A DNA stretch of 64,000 bases from an uncultured Actinomycetota bacterium (GCA_963781115.1 CAWADV010000006.1:48864-112863), one strand, 5' to 3'; numbered from the stretch's first letter, positions 19,703-32,947 are shown. Notes: a model not told the origin generated them from the sequence alone. A program made the numbers and translations.

Positions 19703-21268
19703 ATGATCGAGCAGGACGCGGCACCGTCGACGGGGACACACCCCGTCGACGAGATCCTTCCCATCCCCCAGATGTTCCTGTACGGCCTCCAGCACGTGCT
19801 GAGCATGTATGCCGGTGTCGTCGCCGTGCCGCTGATCGTCGGCAACGCCCTGGGGCTGAGCGGCGACAGAGATCACCTACCTGGTCTCGGCAGGCCTTTT
19901 CATCTCCGGTCTGGCGACCATCCTGCAGACCGTCGGGATCTGGAAGATCGGGGCCCGCCAGCCCATCGTGCAGGGCACCTCGTTCGCCGCCGTGTCGACC
20001 ATCCTGGCGATCGGCACCGACGAAGGGGGGCACCGACGGGCTACTGGCCGTCTTCGGTGCCCTGATCGTGGCCGGCACGGTTGCGTTCCTCATTGCTCCT
20101 GTCTTCACCAGCCTGCTGCGCTTCTTCCCCGAGGTCGTCACCGGCACGGTCATCACCGTGATCGGTGTGTCACTGCTGCCGGTGGCCATCCGTTGGGCTG
20201 CCGGCGGCGCTGGCTCGCAGACCTTCGGGGCTCCGAACAACATCGCGCTCGCGGCGATCACGGTGGCCATCATCGTGCTGATCTACCGGTTCGCGCCGCC
20301 CTTCTTCAGCCGGGTGGCGATCCTGCTCGGCCTCGTGCTCGGCACCCTCGCGGCGATCCCCTTCGGCGTGACCGACTTCGGCAGGATCTCGGACGCCGCG
20401 GTGTTCCAGCTGACCACGCCCTTCCACTTCGGGCTGCCGACCTTCGCCGTCGGTGCCTCCATCTCGATGTTCATCGTGATGCTGGTGATCATGACCGAGA
20501 CGACAGCCGACATCCTGGCGATCGGCGAGGTCATCGGGAAGCCAGCCGACCGCCAGACCGTCACCAACGGCCTGCGCGCCGACATGGGATCCACCGTCTT
20601 CGCGGGCTTCTTCAACGGGTTCTCGGTCAGCGCCTTCGCCCAGAACGTCGGGCTCGTGGCGATCACCGGCATCAAGAGCCGGTTCGTCGTCGCCTGCGGG
20701 TGGCGTCATCCTCGTGCTTCTCGGGCTGTTCCCGGTCCTCGGCGCGCTCGTCGCGCTCGTCCCGCTTCCCGTCCTGGGTGGCGCCGGCCTGGCCCTGTTC
20801 GGCACGGTGGCCGCCAGCGGCATCCGAACGCTGACGCGGATCGACTTCTCCGGCAACGCCAACCTGGTCATCGTGGCGCTCTCGCTGAGCATGGGCATCA
20901 TCCCGATCGCCGTGCCTGAGTTCTACGACGAGTTCCCCTCGTGGTTCGCCGTCATCTTCGACTCCGGCATCACGGCCGCTGCCATCACGGCCGTGCTGCT
21001 CAACATCGTCTTCAACATCGTCGGACGCTCCGGCGACGTCGAGGGCCCGATTTTCAGCGAGGCCCCGCCCGTGGCGACGATCTCCGACGCCGACGAGGAG
21101 CGGCTCATCAACGAGGTCGCGCGCCCCGGGCGACACCCGCCCCTACGTCCGCGACCAGGGCCAGGCCACGGGACCAGGCGCCCCTGTCCGCGACCCCGAC
21201 GACCGACCCGCGCGCCACCCCGACCACCGAGCACGACCACCACCCAGACGAAGGAGTCCGGATCATGA
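19703..21268 (+). CDS. NCS2 family xanthine/urate permease (several frameshifts)
   Basis: GLQHVLSMY, QGTSF, AFAQNVGLVAITG, PVLGGAG; pieces lie in different frames. Confidence 0.88.
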
Positions 21269-22147
21269 GTGACGTCACCCTGACCAGCAACCAGTACGGC
21301 AAGGCGGAGAACCGGGTGGTGCGGATCGTCCGCGACACCGACCGCCACGAGATCCGCGACCTCAACGTCACCTCCCAGCTCCGCGGCGACTTCGAGGCCG
21401 CGCACACCGAGGGCGACAACTCCCACGTCGTGCCGACCGACACCCAGAAGAACACGGTGTTCGCCTTCGCCAAGGACGGCATCGCCTCCCCGGAGGCCTT
21501 CCTGCTCCGCCTCGCGGACCACTTCACCGGTGAGTTCGACTGGGTGAGCGGTGGCCGCTGGGCCGCCGAGGAGTTCGGCTGGTCGCGGATCCAGGACCAC
21601 GACCACTCCTTCTACAAGAGCGCGCCGGAGACCCGCACCGCGGTCGTCGTCCGGGACGGCGAGGACACCACCGTCATCACCGGCTTCTACGGGTTGACCG
21701 TGCTGAAGTCCACCCAGTCCGGCTTCGTCGGCTATCCCAAGGACAAGTACACGACGCTGCAGGAGACCGAGGACCGCATCCTGGCCACCGACATCGCCAC
21801 GCGCTGGCGCTACAACACCACGGACGTGGACTTCAACGCCGTCTACGACAGCGTCAAGAACACCATGCTGAAGACCTTCACCGCCGACTACTCCAAGGCG
21901 CTGCAGCACACGCTCTACCAGATGGCCCAGGCGGTCATCAGCGCGCACGACGAGATCGACGAGGTGAAGTTCTCCTGCCCCAACAAGCACCACTTCACCT
22001 CCGACCTCTCGCCCGTTCGGGCTGGAGAACCCCAACGAGGTGTTCTACGCCGCCGACCGGCCCTACGGGCTGATCGAGGCGACGGTCGCCCGCACGGGTG
22101 CTCCGGCCAAGGACGCCCCGTGGGTCGGCATCGCCGGCTACTGCTGA
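21265..22147 (+). CDS. pucL: urate oxidase (factor-independent urate hydroxylase); frameshift ~22015
   Basis: [44 protein letters not shown]. Confidence 0.95.
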
Positions 22148-22238
22148 GCCGCCGACCGCAGCCGCAGGGCGGACAGGCCCGACCGGGCCGGCGCCGCACG
22201 TTCACTGGTGCACCCGCACCGAAGGAGAGAGAGACCCG

Positions 22239-24969
22239 ATGAGCCACACGACCCCCAGTGACAGCCACGACCACCTGATCGATCGGGAGGAGCTGGGGGA
22301 GTGGGCCGAGTCCTTCGACCAGCTCCTGCAGGCTCGCGGGCCCAGCAATGCCGCCGCTGTGCTGAGGATGCTCGGAGAGCGAGCATCCTCAGCCGGGGTC
22401 GGCGGGGCGGAGCCGGTGACCACCGACTACGTCAACACCATCCCGGTCGCGCAGGAGGCCCAGTTCCCCGGCGACGAGGAGATCGAGCGCAGCTACCGGC
22501 GGCTGCTGCGCTGGAACGCGGCGGTGATGGTGCACCGGGCCCAACGGCCGGACATCGGTGTCGGCGGCCACATCTCGACCTATGCCGGGGCGGCCACCTT
22601 GTATGAGGTCGGCCTGAACCACTTCTTCCGCGGCGCCGGGCACCCCGGCGGCGGAGACCAGGTCTTCTTCCAGGGCCACGCCTCCCCCGGTATGTATGCC
22701 CGCGGCTTCCTCGAGGGGCGTCTCACGACGGCCGACCTCGACGGCTTCCGCCAGGAACGGTCCCGGGCAGGTCACGCCCTGCCCTCCTACCCCCACCCGC
22801 GGATGATGCCGGAGTTCTGGCAGTTCCCGACGGTGTCGATGGGCATCGGACCGATGCACGCGATCTACCAGGCCCAGTTCAACCGCTACCTGGCGGGGCG
22901 AGGCATCAAGGACACGAGCGACCAGCACGTGTGGGCCTTCCTCGGCGACGGCGAGATGGACGAGCCGGAGTCCCGTGGCCTGCTCCAGCTGGCCGCCAAC
23001 GACGGGCTGGACAACCTCACCTTCGTGATCAACTGCAACCTGCAGCGGCTCGACGGCCCGGTGCGCGGCAACGGCAAGATCGTCCAGGAGCTCGAGGGCT
23101 TCTTCCGCGGCGCCGGCTGGAACGTGGTCAAGGTGCTGTGGGGCCGGGAGTGGGACCCCCTGCTCGCGGCAGATGCCGGCCGCGACCTCGTGGACGTCAT
23201 GAACCAGACCAAGGACGGCGACTACCAGACCTACAAGGGGGAGTCGGGCGCCTACATCCGCGAGAACTTCTTCGGTCGCACCCCGGCGACAGCCGCTCTG
23301 GTCAGCCACCTCACCGACGACCAGATCTGGAACCTGCGCCGCGGGGGCCACGACTACCGCAAGGTCTACGCCGCCTACCACGCGGCCAGCGTCGGCAACA
23401 CCAGCGGCCGTCCGACGGTGGTCCTGGCCAAGACGGTCAAGGGCTATGGCCTGGGCGCCAACTTCGAGGCGCGCAACGCGACGCACCAGATGAAGAAGCT
23501 CACGGCGCAGGACCTGAAGTCGTTCCGCGACCTGCTGCACATCCCGGTCAGCGACGCGCAGATCGACGCCGACCCCTACGCCGTGCCCTACTACAAGCCC
23601 GCCGAGGACTCGCAGGAGATCCAGTACCTCCTCGAGCGTCGCCGCGAGCTCGGCGGCTTCGTGCCCGAGCGACGCGTCCAGGGCCGGTCCCTCACCGTGC
23701 CCACCGCCGCGTCCTTCGCGACCTCCCGCAAGGGGTCAGGCAAGCAGCTCGCCGCGACCACGATGGCGTTCGTCAGGGTGCTGCGAGACCTGATGCGCGA
23801 CAAGGAGATCGGGCACCGGGTGGTGCCGATCATCCCCGACGAGGCGCGCACCTTCGGGATGGACTCGTTCTTCCCGACCGCCAAGATCTACAACCCCCAC
23901 GGCCAGCAGTATGCCGCGGTCGACCGCGCGTTGTTCCTCACCTACAAGGAGTCCGAGCAGGGTCAGATCCTGCACACCGGCATCAACGAGGCGGGCTCGA
24001 TGGCCGCGTTCACCGCGGCCGGCACGGCCTACGCCACGCACGGCGAGCCGATGATCCCGGTCTACGTCTTCTACTCGATGTTCGGTTTCCAGCGCACCGG
24101 AGACCAGATGTGGGCGGCGATGGACCAGATGGCCCGCGGCTTCATCATCGGCGCCACCGCCGGTCGCACCACGTTGACCGGGTGAGGGCCTCCAGCATGC
24201 CGACGGGCACTCGCCGATCCTGGCCGCCACCAACCCCGCGATGAAGATCTACGACCCGGCGTACGGCTACGAGATCGCGCACATCGTCGCGGCGGGACTC
24301 GAGCAGATGTATGGCGAGTCCAGCGACGACCCGAATGTCATGTACTACCTCACCGTCTACAACGAGCCGATGACCCAGCCCGCCGAACCCGAGGGTGTCG
24401 ACGTGGACGGCATCCTGCGCGGACTGCACCAGGTGGCGTCCGCGCCGGCCAGTGACCGGCCACGGTGCCAGCTGATGGGGTCGGGGGTGTCGGTGCCGTG
24501 GGCCCTGGAGGCCGCTCGACTGCTCGACGAGGACTGGGGCGTCGACGCCGACGTCTGGTCGGTCACCTCCTGGACCGAGCTGCGTCGCGACGGGCTGGCC
24601 GCGGAGAAGCACGCGTTCCTGCATCCCGACGAGCCGCCGCGCCGGGCCTACGTCGCCGAGAAGCTCGGCGGCGCCCAGGGGCCGGTCGTGGCCTCCACGG
24701 ACTTCGCCTCCGAGGTGCCCGACCAGATCCGCCAGTTCCTCGACCGCCCCTTCGCGACCCTCGGGGCCGACGGTCACGGCTTCTCCGACACCCGCGCGGC
24801 CGCCCGCCGGTGGTTCCACATCGACGTGCACTCGATGGTCGTCCGAGCCCTCCAGCTGCTGGCTGACGAGGGCACGGTGGACCGCTCGGCAGCCGTCGAG
24901 GCCAGCGAGCGCTACCGCCTGCTGGACGTCAACGCCGGCACGACGGGCAACGCGGGGGGCGACTCCTGA
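22239..24969 (+). CDS. aceE: pyruvate dehydrogenase E1, homodimeric type; frameshift ~24181
   Basis: [52 protein letters not shown]. Confidence 0.93.
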
Positions 24970-25026
24970 GCAGGCCCGCGCCCACGCGAACGCGGGGTGG
25001 CCCGGGCCGGCGTGCTGCGGCCCGGG

Positions 25027-25839
25027 TCAGCCCTGGCTGCGGCCCGGGTCAGCCTGGCTGCCGAGCTCGGCCCGGATGGCCGCAGCAGCGTCCCGCAGGG
25101 GCCCGACGGCGCCCTCGATGACCTCGTCACCCATCCGGGACAGCGGGCCCGACATCGACAGGGCCAGCCGGTGCTGGGAGTCGGGCACCTCGACCGCGAC
25201 ACAGCGCACTCCGATCTCCTGCTCCTGGTTGTCCAGGGCATAGCCACGGGAGCGGACCTGGTCGAGCTCGGCCAGGAACGCCTCCGGCGTCGCCAGCGTG
25301 TGCTCGGTCTGGCGGGCCATGCCGGTGCGGCGGAGCAGCCCTCGCACCTCGTCCTCCGACCGGTGGGCGAGCATCGCCTTGCCGACGGCGGTGGTGTGCG
25401 GGTCGACCCGCCGGCCGACCTCGGTGAACATCCGCATCGAGTTCTTGGCGGCCATCGTCTGGGCGACGTAGACGATCTGGTCGCCGTCGAGCGTGGCGAG
25501 GTTCACCGACTCGCCGAGGATGGCCACGACCCGCTCGAGGTGTGGTCGGGACCAGGCCGAGAGCCGGCGTGAGGTGATGTCGCCGAGCCGGATCAGCCGA
25601 GGCCCCAGGGAGTACTGGCGGGAGGGCTCCTGGCGCACGTAGCCGAGGTCGACCAGGGTGCGGATCAGCCGGTGGATGGTCGGCAACGGCAGCGCGGTGT
25701 CGGTGGCCAGCTGGGAGAGCGTGGCGACCCCACCCGCGTCGGCGATCGCCTCCAGGATGAGGAAGGCGCGGTCGAGCGACTGCACCCCGCTGCGGGGGCG
25801 TTCGCCCGGGATGGCCTCGGGCTCGGGCTGCGCGGACAT
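25027..25839 (-). CDS. IclR family transcriptional regulator (AllR-like)
   Basis: VQSLDRAF HTH, RMFTEVG, HTTAVGKAML, GYALDNQEQEIGVRC. Confidence 0.92.
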   Translation of the reverse strand: MSAQPEPEAIPGERPRSGVQSLDRAFLILEAIADAGGVATLSQLATDTALPLPTIHRLIRTLVDLGYVRQEPSRQYSLGPRLIRLGDITSRRLSAWSRPHLERVVAILGESVNLATLDGDQIVYVAQTMAAKNSMRMFTEVGRRVDPHTTAVGKAMLAHRSEDEVRGLLRRTGMARQTEHTLATPEAFLAELDQVRSRGYALDNQEQEIGVRCVAVEVPDSQHRLALSMSGPLSRMGDEVIEGAVGPLRDAAAAIRAELGSQADPGRSQG

Positions 25840-25892
25840 CGGTCTCCTTGTCACGGACGGGCCTGCTCCACGTGCGGTTGGCGAGGAACCGT

Positions 25893-25907
25893 TTCCGTCC
25901 ACCGGAA
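25893..25907. promoter_or_regulatory. single putative IclR box upstream of the regulator gene
   Basis: ttccgtccaccggaa. Confidence 0.55.
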
Positions 25908-25932
25908 TTTTACCGGACGCCCGTGCCAGTCC

Positions 25933-26773
25933 CTACACGAACTGCCGGGACAGCGTCGCGTGCCGGTTGACGTCCTTGTAGAGCAGGTAGCGGAACCGGC
26001 CCGGACCCCCGGCGTAGCAGGCCTGCGGGCAGAACGCGCGCAGCCACATGAAGTCGCCCTCCTGCACCTCGATCCAGTCCTTGTTGAGCAGGTAGACCGC
26101 CTTGCCCTCGAGCACGTAGAGACCGTGCTCCATGACGTGGGTCTCCGGGAACGGGATGGCACCGCCGGGCTCGAAGCTGACGATGTTGACGTGCATGTCA
26201 TGCCGGGTGTCGGCCGGGTCGGTGAACCGCTGGGTGATCCAGCGGCCCTCGGTGCCGGGCATCGCACCGCCCTCGACCTCGGTCTCGTTGGTCACGAACG
26301 CCTCGGGCACGTCCAGCCCCTCCACGACCTGGTAGGCCTTGCGGATCCAGTGGAAGCGCGCCGGCCCCGCGGCGTCGGCGTCGACGTGCAGGCTCCAGGT
26401 CGCGCCCGGGGGGATGAACGCGTAGCCGCCCGGCGTCATCACGTGCTCCTGCTCCCCCAGGGTCAGGCGCATGGTGCCCTCGACGACGAACAGGACGCCC
26501 TCGGCACCGGGATCCAGCTCGGGACGGTCGCTGCCACCGCCGGGGGAGGTCTCGACGATGTACTGCGAGAACGTCTCGGCAAACCCGGACAGCGGGCGGG
26601 CGATCACCCACAGGCGGGTCTTCTCCCAGAACGGCAGCAGGCTGGTGACGATGTCGCGCATCGTGCCGCGCGGCAGCACGGCATACGCCTCGGTGAACAT
26701 GGCGCGGTCGGTGGTCAGCTCGGTCTGCGCGGGGTGCCCGCCGGTGGGTGCGTAGTAGTAGGGCGGTGGTCAT
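25933..26773 (-). CDS. allE: (S)-ureidoglycine aminohydrolase-like bicupin (frameshift near the start)
   Basis: [39 protein letters not shown]. Confidence 0.9.
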
Positions 26774-28152
26774 GATCGTGATCCTCTCCGGAGCAGCTGA
26801 CCCGACGGCGGGGCGCCGGGGTCGAGGTCGATCCGCGCGCCGCGGAGCCAGGTCTGGCGCACCACGCCCTGCAGGGTCCGGCCGGCGTAGGCGGTGACGG
26901 CGTTCTTGTGGTGCAGGGTCGCCGGGTCGACGACGAAGGACTCGTCGGGGCTGAAGACGGCGAGGTCGGCATCGGCGCCGACGGCGATCCGGCCCTTGGC
27001 GAGCAGACCCATCTGGTCGGCGGGTCCCTGCGCCATCCAGCGCACGACGTCGGGCAGGGAGTGCCCACGCGCGCGCGCGGCGGACCAGACCGCGGCGAGC
27101 CCGACCTGCAGGCCGGCCACGCCGCCCCAGGCCTGCCCGAAGTCGCCGGTCTCCAGGGTCTTCAGGTCGATCGTGCAGGGGGAGTGGTCGGTGACCACGA
27201 TGTCGATCGTCCCCTCGGCCAGGGCCGCCCCACAGCTCCTCGCGGTTGCCGGACTCGCGGATCGGCGGGCAGCACTTGAACTCGGTGGCGCCGTCCGGAA
27301 CTTCTTCTGCTGTGAAGGTGAGGTAGTGCGGGCAGGTCTCCACGGTCAGCGGCACGCCGTCCGCGCGCGCCTCCCGGATGACGGGCAGGGCCTCGGCGCT
27401 GGACAGGTGCAGGATGTGCGCGCGTGACCCGGTCGAGCGCGCAACCTCGATGACGTGGGCCACGGCCAGGTTCTCGGCGGCGCGTGGACGAGAGTGGAGG
27501 AAGCCGGAGTAGGCCCGGCCTTCGGCGGGCTCGGCGTCCTCGATCGTCTGCCGGTCCTCGGCGTGCACGATCATCAGCGCGTCGATCCGGGCCGTCTCGG
27601 TCATCGCGGCCTCGAGCTCGTCCGGCTCCAGGTGCGGGAACTCCTCGACGCCGGAGTGGAGCAGGAAGCACTTGAACCCGAACACCCCTGCTTCGTGCAG
27701 TGGCGCCAGGTCCGCGATGTTGCCGGGGACGGCGCCGCCCCAGAAGCCGACGTCGACGAAGACCTGGTCCCGGGCGACCGCTTGCTTGGCCTGCAGGCCG
27801 GCCAGGGTCGTCGTCGGGGGGACCGAGTTGAGCGGCATGTCGATGATCGTGGTGACGCCACCGGCCGCGGCCGCCCGCGTGGCGCTGGCGAAGCCCTCCC
27901 ACTCGGTGCGTCCGGGCTCGTTGACGTGGACGTGGGTGTCGACCAGGCCGGGGATGAGCACCTCGTCGTCCCCGAGCTCGATGACGGTCTGCGCCGACAG
28001 GTCGGCATCCAGATCCGTCACGACGGTGACCCGCCCGCCGAGGACACCGACGACGCCGGGCGTTCGGCGCCGTCGATGACGGCGCGCGGGGCACGGAAGA
28101 GCAGGTCGAGGGGGGCGGAGTGACCGGGCAGGTGATCGGGCATGGTGCTCAT
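26770..28152 (-). CDS. allB: allantoinase (frameshifts)
   Basis: [40 protein letters not shown]. Confidence 0.93.
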
Positions 28153-29277
28153 GATGTCCCCTCGCTGAGTCCAGCACCGAGGCGCCGGCCAATCGCCTCC
28201 AGCAAGGGTCCCGGCGCTCTCATCGACTCCTCCGGGCTGGCCAGCTCCAGCGTGGTCAGCACCTCGGCGAAGCCGGCTGCGCGCCAGACCTCCGGCGACA
28301 GCGTGCAGCGACCGGCCACTGCCACCACCCGCACCCCGGCGGATCGTGCGACCTCCGCGACGGCCGCGGGGGCCTTGCCGCGCAGTGACTGCTCGTCCAG
28401 TGACCCCTCGCCGGTGATGACGAGGTCTGCCCCCTCGACCGCCGCCGGCAGCCCGGTCAGCTCGAAGACCAGGCCTGCTCCGGGCCGGGACTGGGCGCCG
28501 GCCAGCGCCACCAGCCCGAAACCGACCCCGCCGGCGGCGCCGGCGCCCTCGTCGTCGCGGTGGTCACTGCCCGTGGCGGCGGCGACCAGGTCGGCCCAGT
28601 GGCGCAGCGCACCGTCGAGCTGGGCCACCATCGCCGGGGTGGCGCCCTTCTGCGGACCGTAGACCGCGGCGGCGCCGTGCGGACCGGTGAGCGGGTTGTC
28701 GACATCGCACGCGACGACGATCTCGGCACCGGCCAGGCCCGGGTGCACGCCTGCCAGGTCGATGGTCCGGGCGTCGGCCAGTGCCGCGCCACCGTCGGCG
28801 ACCTGCTCCCCCTGCTGGTCCAGGATGCGGACTCCGAGTGCCGAGACCAGCCCGGCGCCGCCGTCGGTGCAGGCGCTGCCGCCGATGCCGACGACGACCC
28901 GCCGGCATCCAGCGTCGAGGGCCGCCGCGATGACCTCGCCGGTCCCCCGGCTGGAGGCCTCGAGTGCGACGCGCCGACCCCCGGGGAGCCGGGCCAGGCC
29001 GCTGATGTCGGCGAGCTCGACGACGGCCTCGGTGCCGGACCTGGCCCACCACGTGGACACCGGCTCACCAGTCGGCCCGCTCGCCTCGACCGGCACCCGC
29101 TCGAAGCCGGCCGCCACCGCCGCGTCCACCGTGCCGTCGCCGCCGTCCGCCACCGGGACGACGATGATCTCGGCGTCAGGGGCGGTCGGCGGACAGCCCG
29201 GCTGCCAGCGCACGGGCGACGCCGGCGGCGTCCAGGGTGCCCTTGAACTTGTCGGGGGCGATGACGACGCGGGGCAT
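28149..29277 (-). CDS. glxK: glycerate kinase (frameshift near the start)
   Basis: [40 protein letters not shown]. Confidence 0.92.
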
Positions 29278-29279
29278 GG

Positions 29280-31058
29280 TCAGTCCAGGTTGGCGAACAG
29301 CGCGGAGGGTGCGTCCTGGTGGTTCGCGGCCAGCTCCTCGAACTCGGTCACCGCGGCGATCGAGGCGCCCATCGAGACGTTGGTCACCCGCTCGAGGATC
29401 ACCTCGACGATGACCGGGACCGAGAACTCGACGAGCATCTTCTTCGCCTTCTCCAGCGCGGGGAGGATGTCGTCCGGCTCGAAGACCCGGATCGCCTTGC
29501 AGCCCAGCCCCTCGGCCACCTTGACGTGGTCCACGCCATACCCGTTGAGCTCGGGGGAGTTCTGGTTGTCGAACGACAGCTGCACGCAGTAGTCCATGTC
29601 GAAGCCACGCTGGGACTGACGGATCAGGCCGAGGTAGGCGTTGTTGACCAGGACGTGGATGTAGGGGATCTGGAACTGCGCACCGACGGCGAGCTCTTCC
29701 ATCATGAACTGGAAGTCGTAGTCACCGGAGATCGCGACGACCGTGTCCTCGGGCGCTGCCGTGGCCACGCCCAGCGCGGCAGGCACGGTCCAGCCCAGTG
29801 GCCCGGCCTGGCCGGCGTTGATCCAGTGCCGCGACTCGAAGACGTGCAGCAGCTGGGCCGCCTGGATCTGGGACAGGCCGATGGTGCTGACGTAGCGGAC
29901 GTCCTTGCCGAACGCCTTGTTCATCTCCTGGTAGACGCGCTGCGGCTTGATCGGGACCACGTCGAAGTTGGTCTTGCGCCACATCGTGCGCTTGCGCTCG
30001 GCGCAGGACTCGGCCCAGTCGGAGCGGTCGGCGAGCGAGCCGGCGGCGTGGCGCTCCCGGGCGACCTCGACGAACAGCTCCAGCGCCGCCTTGGCGTCGG
30101 AGACGATGCCGAAGTCGGGGGCGAACACGCGGCCGATCTGGGTCGGCTCGATGTCGACGTGCACGAAGGTGCGGCCTTGGGTGTAGGTCTCGAGGTCACC
30201 GGTATGGCGGTTGGCCCAGCGGTTGCCGATGCCGAGCACGAAGTCGGACTCCAGCATCGTGGCGTTGCCGTAGCGGTGGCTCGTCTGCAGGCCGACCATC
30301 CCGGCGTTCAGCGGGTGGTCGTCGGGCAGGGTGCCCCAGCCCATCAGGGTGGGGATCACCGGCACACCGGTGAGCTCGGCGAACTCCTGCAGGAGCGCGG
30401 CGGCGTCGGCGTTGATGACCCCGCCACCGGAGACGATGAGGGGGCGCTCGGCGGCCTCCAGCATGGTCAGCGCCTTCTCGACCTGGGCGCGCGTCGCCGA
30501 CGGCTTCCAGGCCGGCAGCGGCTCGTAGGTCTCGACGTCGAACTCGATCTCGGTCATCTGGACGTCGATCGGCAGGTCGATCAGGACCGGGCCCGGACGT
30601 CCGGAGCGCATCAGGTGGAAGGCCTGCTGGAAGGTGCCGGGCACCTGGGCGGCCTCCAGCACGGTGACCGCCATCTTGGTCAGCGGCTTGGCGATGGAGG
30701 CGATGTCCACCGCCTGGAAGTCCTCGGTGTGCAGCTTGGCGACGGGCGCCTGCCCGGTGATGCACAGGATCGGGATCGAGTCGGCGCTGGCCGAGTAGAG
30801 ACCGGTGATCATGTCCGTGCCGGCCGGGCCACTGGTGCCCACGCAGACGCCGATGTTGCCGGCCTTGGCGCGGGTCCACCCCTCCGCCATGTGTGAGGCG
30901 CCCTCGACGTGGCGCGCCAGGGTGTGGTGCAGACCTCCGTTGGTCTTCATCGCCTTGTAGAAGGGGTTGATCGCCGCGCCGGGGAGTCCGAACACGTGGG
31001 TGATCCCCTCCTTCTTCAGGATCTCCACCGCGGCCTGGGCTGCTGTCATTCGTGCCAT
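29280..31058 (-). CDS. gcl: glyoxylate carboligase
   Basis: [29 protein letters not shown]. Confidence 0.97.
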   Translation of the reverse strand: MARMTAAQAAVEILKKEGITHVFGLPGAAINPFYKAMKTNGGLHHTLARHVEGASHMAEGWTRAKAGNIGVCVGTSGPAGTDMITGLYSASADSIPILCITGQAPVAKLHTEDFQAVDIASIAKPLTKMAVTVLEAAQVPGTFQQAFHLMRSGRPGPVLIDLPIDVQMTEIEFDVETYEPLPAWKPSATRAQVEKALTMLEAAERPLIVSGGGVINADAAALLQEFAELTGVPVIPTLMGWGTLPDDHPLNAGMVGLQTSHRYGNATMLESDFVLGIGNRWANRHTGDLETYTQGRTFVHVDIEPTQIGRVFAPDFGIVSDAKAALELFVEVARERHAAGSLADRSDWAESCAERKRTMWRKTNFDVVPIKPQRVYQEMNKAFGKDVRYVSTIGLSQIQAAQLLHVFESRHWINAGQAGPLGWTVPAALGVATAAPEDTVVAISGDYDFQFMMEELAVGAQFQIPYIHVLVNNAYLGLIRQSQRGFDMDYCVQLSFDNQNSPELNGYGVDHVKVAEGLGCKAIRVFEPDDILPALEKAKKMLVEFSVPVIVEVILERVTNVSMGASIAAVTEFEELAANHQDAPSALFANLD

Positions 31059-31100
31059 TGCGTCGTCGTCCTCGTCGTTGGGGGGGTCGTCGTCAGGGGG

Positions 31101-32000
31101 TCAGGAAGTGGTGGTGGGGGCGGGGGACTGGCCGGAGAGGCGCTGCACCCCGCGGAGCAGACCGGAGTGGTCCAGGCCGCCGTCGCCGTTGGCTCGAGCC
31201 GAGGCCATCAGGGTCTGCACCAGGTTGCCGAGGGGGAGCACCACGCCGGCCTCGCGGGCGGCTGCGCCCACGATGCCCATGTCCTTGTGGTGCAGGTCGA
31301 TCCGGAAGCCCGGGGCGAAGCTCTCCGACATCATGTTCTCGCGCTTCTGCTGCAGCACGGTGGACCCCGCGAGCCCGCCACCGAGCACGGTGAGCGCGGC
31401 GTCGAGGTCGACGTCATAGGCGTTCAGGAAGACGACCGCCTCGGCCAGGGCCTGGATGTTGGCGGCCACGATGAGCTGGTTGGCCGCCTTGACCGTCTGG
31501 CCGGCTCCGTTGCCGCCGACGTGGACGACGGTCTTGCCGACCGTCTCCAGCAGGGGACGCGCCTCCTCGACGTCGGCGGCCGCCCCGCCGACCATGATCG
31601 ACAGCGCCGCGTTCTTGGCGCCGGCCTCTCCTCCGGAGACGGGGGCGTCGATCAGCCGGAAGCCCTTCTCCGTCGCCTGGGCGGCCAGGGCGCTGGTCAC
31701 GTCGGGGCGGATCGAGGAGAAGTCGATCACCAGCGTGCCGGGCCGTGCGTTGGCGAAGACGCCGTCCGGACCGGCCAGCACGGACTCCACATCGGGGGAG
31801 TCCGGCACCATCACGGCGACGACGTCGACGTCCTTGACAGCCTCGGCGGTCGACGGGGCGGCGCGGCCACCCGCGGCGACCAGAGCGGCGGTGCGCTGCG
31901 GGCTGGGGTTGTAGCCGACGACGTCGTGGCCGGCCTCGGCGAGGTGGACGGCCATCGGGCTGCCCATGATGCCGAGCCCGATGAAGGCGATGCTGGTCAT
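31101..32000 (-). CDS. glxR: 2-hydroxy-3-oxopropionate (tartronate semialdehyde) reductase
   Basis: FIGLGIMGSPM, DAPVSGG, KAANQ, FRIDLHHKD; adjacent to gcl. Confidence 0.92.
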   Translation of the reverse strand: MTSIAFIGLGIMGSPMAVHLAEAGHDVVGYNPSPQRTAALVAAGGRAAPSTAEAVKDVDVVAVMVPDSPDVESVLAGPDGVFANARPGTLVIDFSSIRPDVTSALAAQATEKGFRLIDAPVSGGEAGAKNAALSIMVGGAAADVEEARPLLETVGKTVVHVGGNGAGQTVKAANQLIVAANIQALAEAVVFLNAYDVDLDAALTVLGGGLAGSTVLQQKRENMMSESFAPGFRIDLHHKDMGIVGAAAREAGVVLPLGNLVQTLMASARANGDGGLDHSGLLRGVQRLSGQSPAPTTTS

Positions 32001-32033
32001 GTCGTGCTCCTTGCAGTCGTGGTGAACAGGTGT

Positions 32034-32865
32034 TCAGGCGTCAGGGGAGGTGCGGCCGAGGAAGCCCAGGCTCTCCAGCGTCGTGGTCGTGGGCTTGTAC
32101 TCCAGGCCGACCCAGCCGTCATAGCCCCCGGCAGCCAGGGCGGCCAGGTGCTGCTCGATGTCGAGGCTGCCGGAGCCAGGCTCGCCGCGTCCGGGGAGGT
32201 CGGCGATCTGGACGTGGGCGATCCGGTCGGCGTAGCTGTCGATCGCGCGCCCGAGGTCGTCACCGTTGTTGGCCAGGTGGAAGAGGTCGCAGCAGGAAGC
32301 CGACGTTGGCGGCGCCCGCGGCCCGCACGTCGTCGACGACCGACACGGCGTCGGCGGCGGTGCGCAGCGGGTAGGGCTTGGGTCCGCTCACCGACTCCAC
32401 CAGCACGGTGCCGCCCTGCCGCTGCGCGGCGCGGGCTGCCTGCTCGATGCTCTGGCGTCCGAGCTCGTCCTGCTCCTGGGCGCTCACGCCGTCGACGCGG
32501 TTGCCGAACAGGGCGTTGAAGGCCGGTGTGCCGAGCCGCTCGCCGATGCCCAGGGTCACCGCGATGTTGTCGGTGAACTCCGCCACCCGCGCCGGGATGG
32601 ACAGCACGCCGCAGTCCGGTCCGGTCAGCTCACCGGCGAAGAAGTTGAGGCCGGCCAGGTGCACACCCGAGTCCTCCACGGCGCGGACGAAGGCGTCGAC
32701 GTCGCGCTCGCTCGGCACCGGCTGGTCCGGCCAGGGCCACCAGAACTCGATGGCGTCGAACCCGGCAGCGTGCGCCGCCGCAGGCCGCTCGAGCAGCGGC
32801 AGCTCGGTGAACAGCATGGAGCAGTTGGCCAGGTAGCGCAGGCCGCTCGGCGAAGTGTGCGTCAT
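32034..32865 (-). CDS. hyi: hydroxypyruvate isomerase (frameshift ~32290)
   Basis: ANCSMLFTE, GFDAIEFWWP, HVQIADLPGRGEPG, GWVGLEY. Confidence 0.9.
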
Positions 32866-32874
32866 CGTGTGCTC

Positions 32875-32910
32875 TTCCGTTCAGTGGAAAATAGATTCCG
32901 TTGTGCAGAA
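32875..32910. promoter_or_regulatory. paired putative IclR/AllR operator boxes
   Basis: ttccgttcagtggaa (32875) and ttccgttgtgcagaa (32896), 21-bp spacing. Confidence 0.7.
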
Positions 32911-32947
32911 TATAGAGCAGGGCGGGACAGGCCGTCAAGCGAGCAGC

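Noticed and set aside
25014-25062. ~21-bp tandem duplication at the IclR gene 3' end
   Set aside because: A small local duplication between convergent genes with no evident function.
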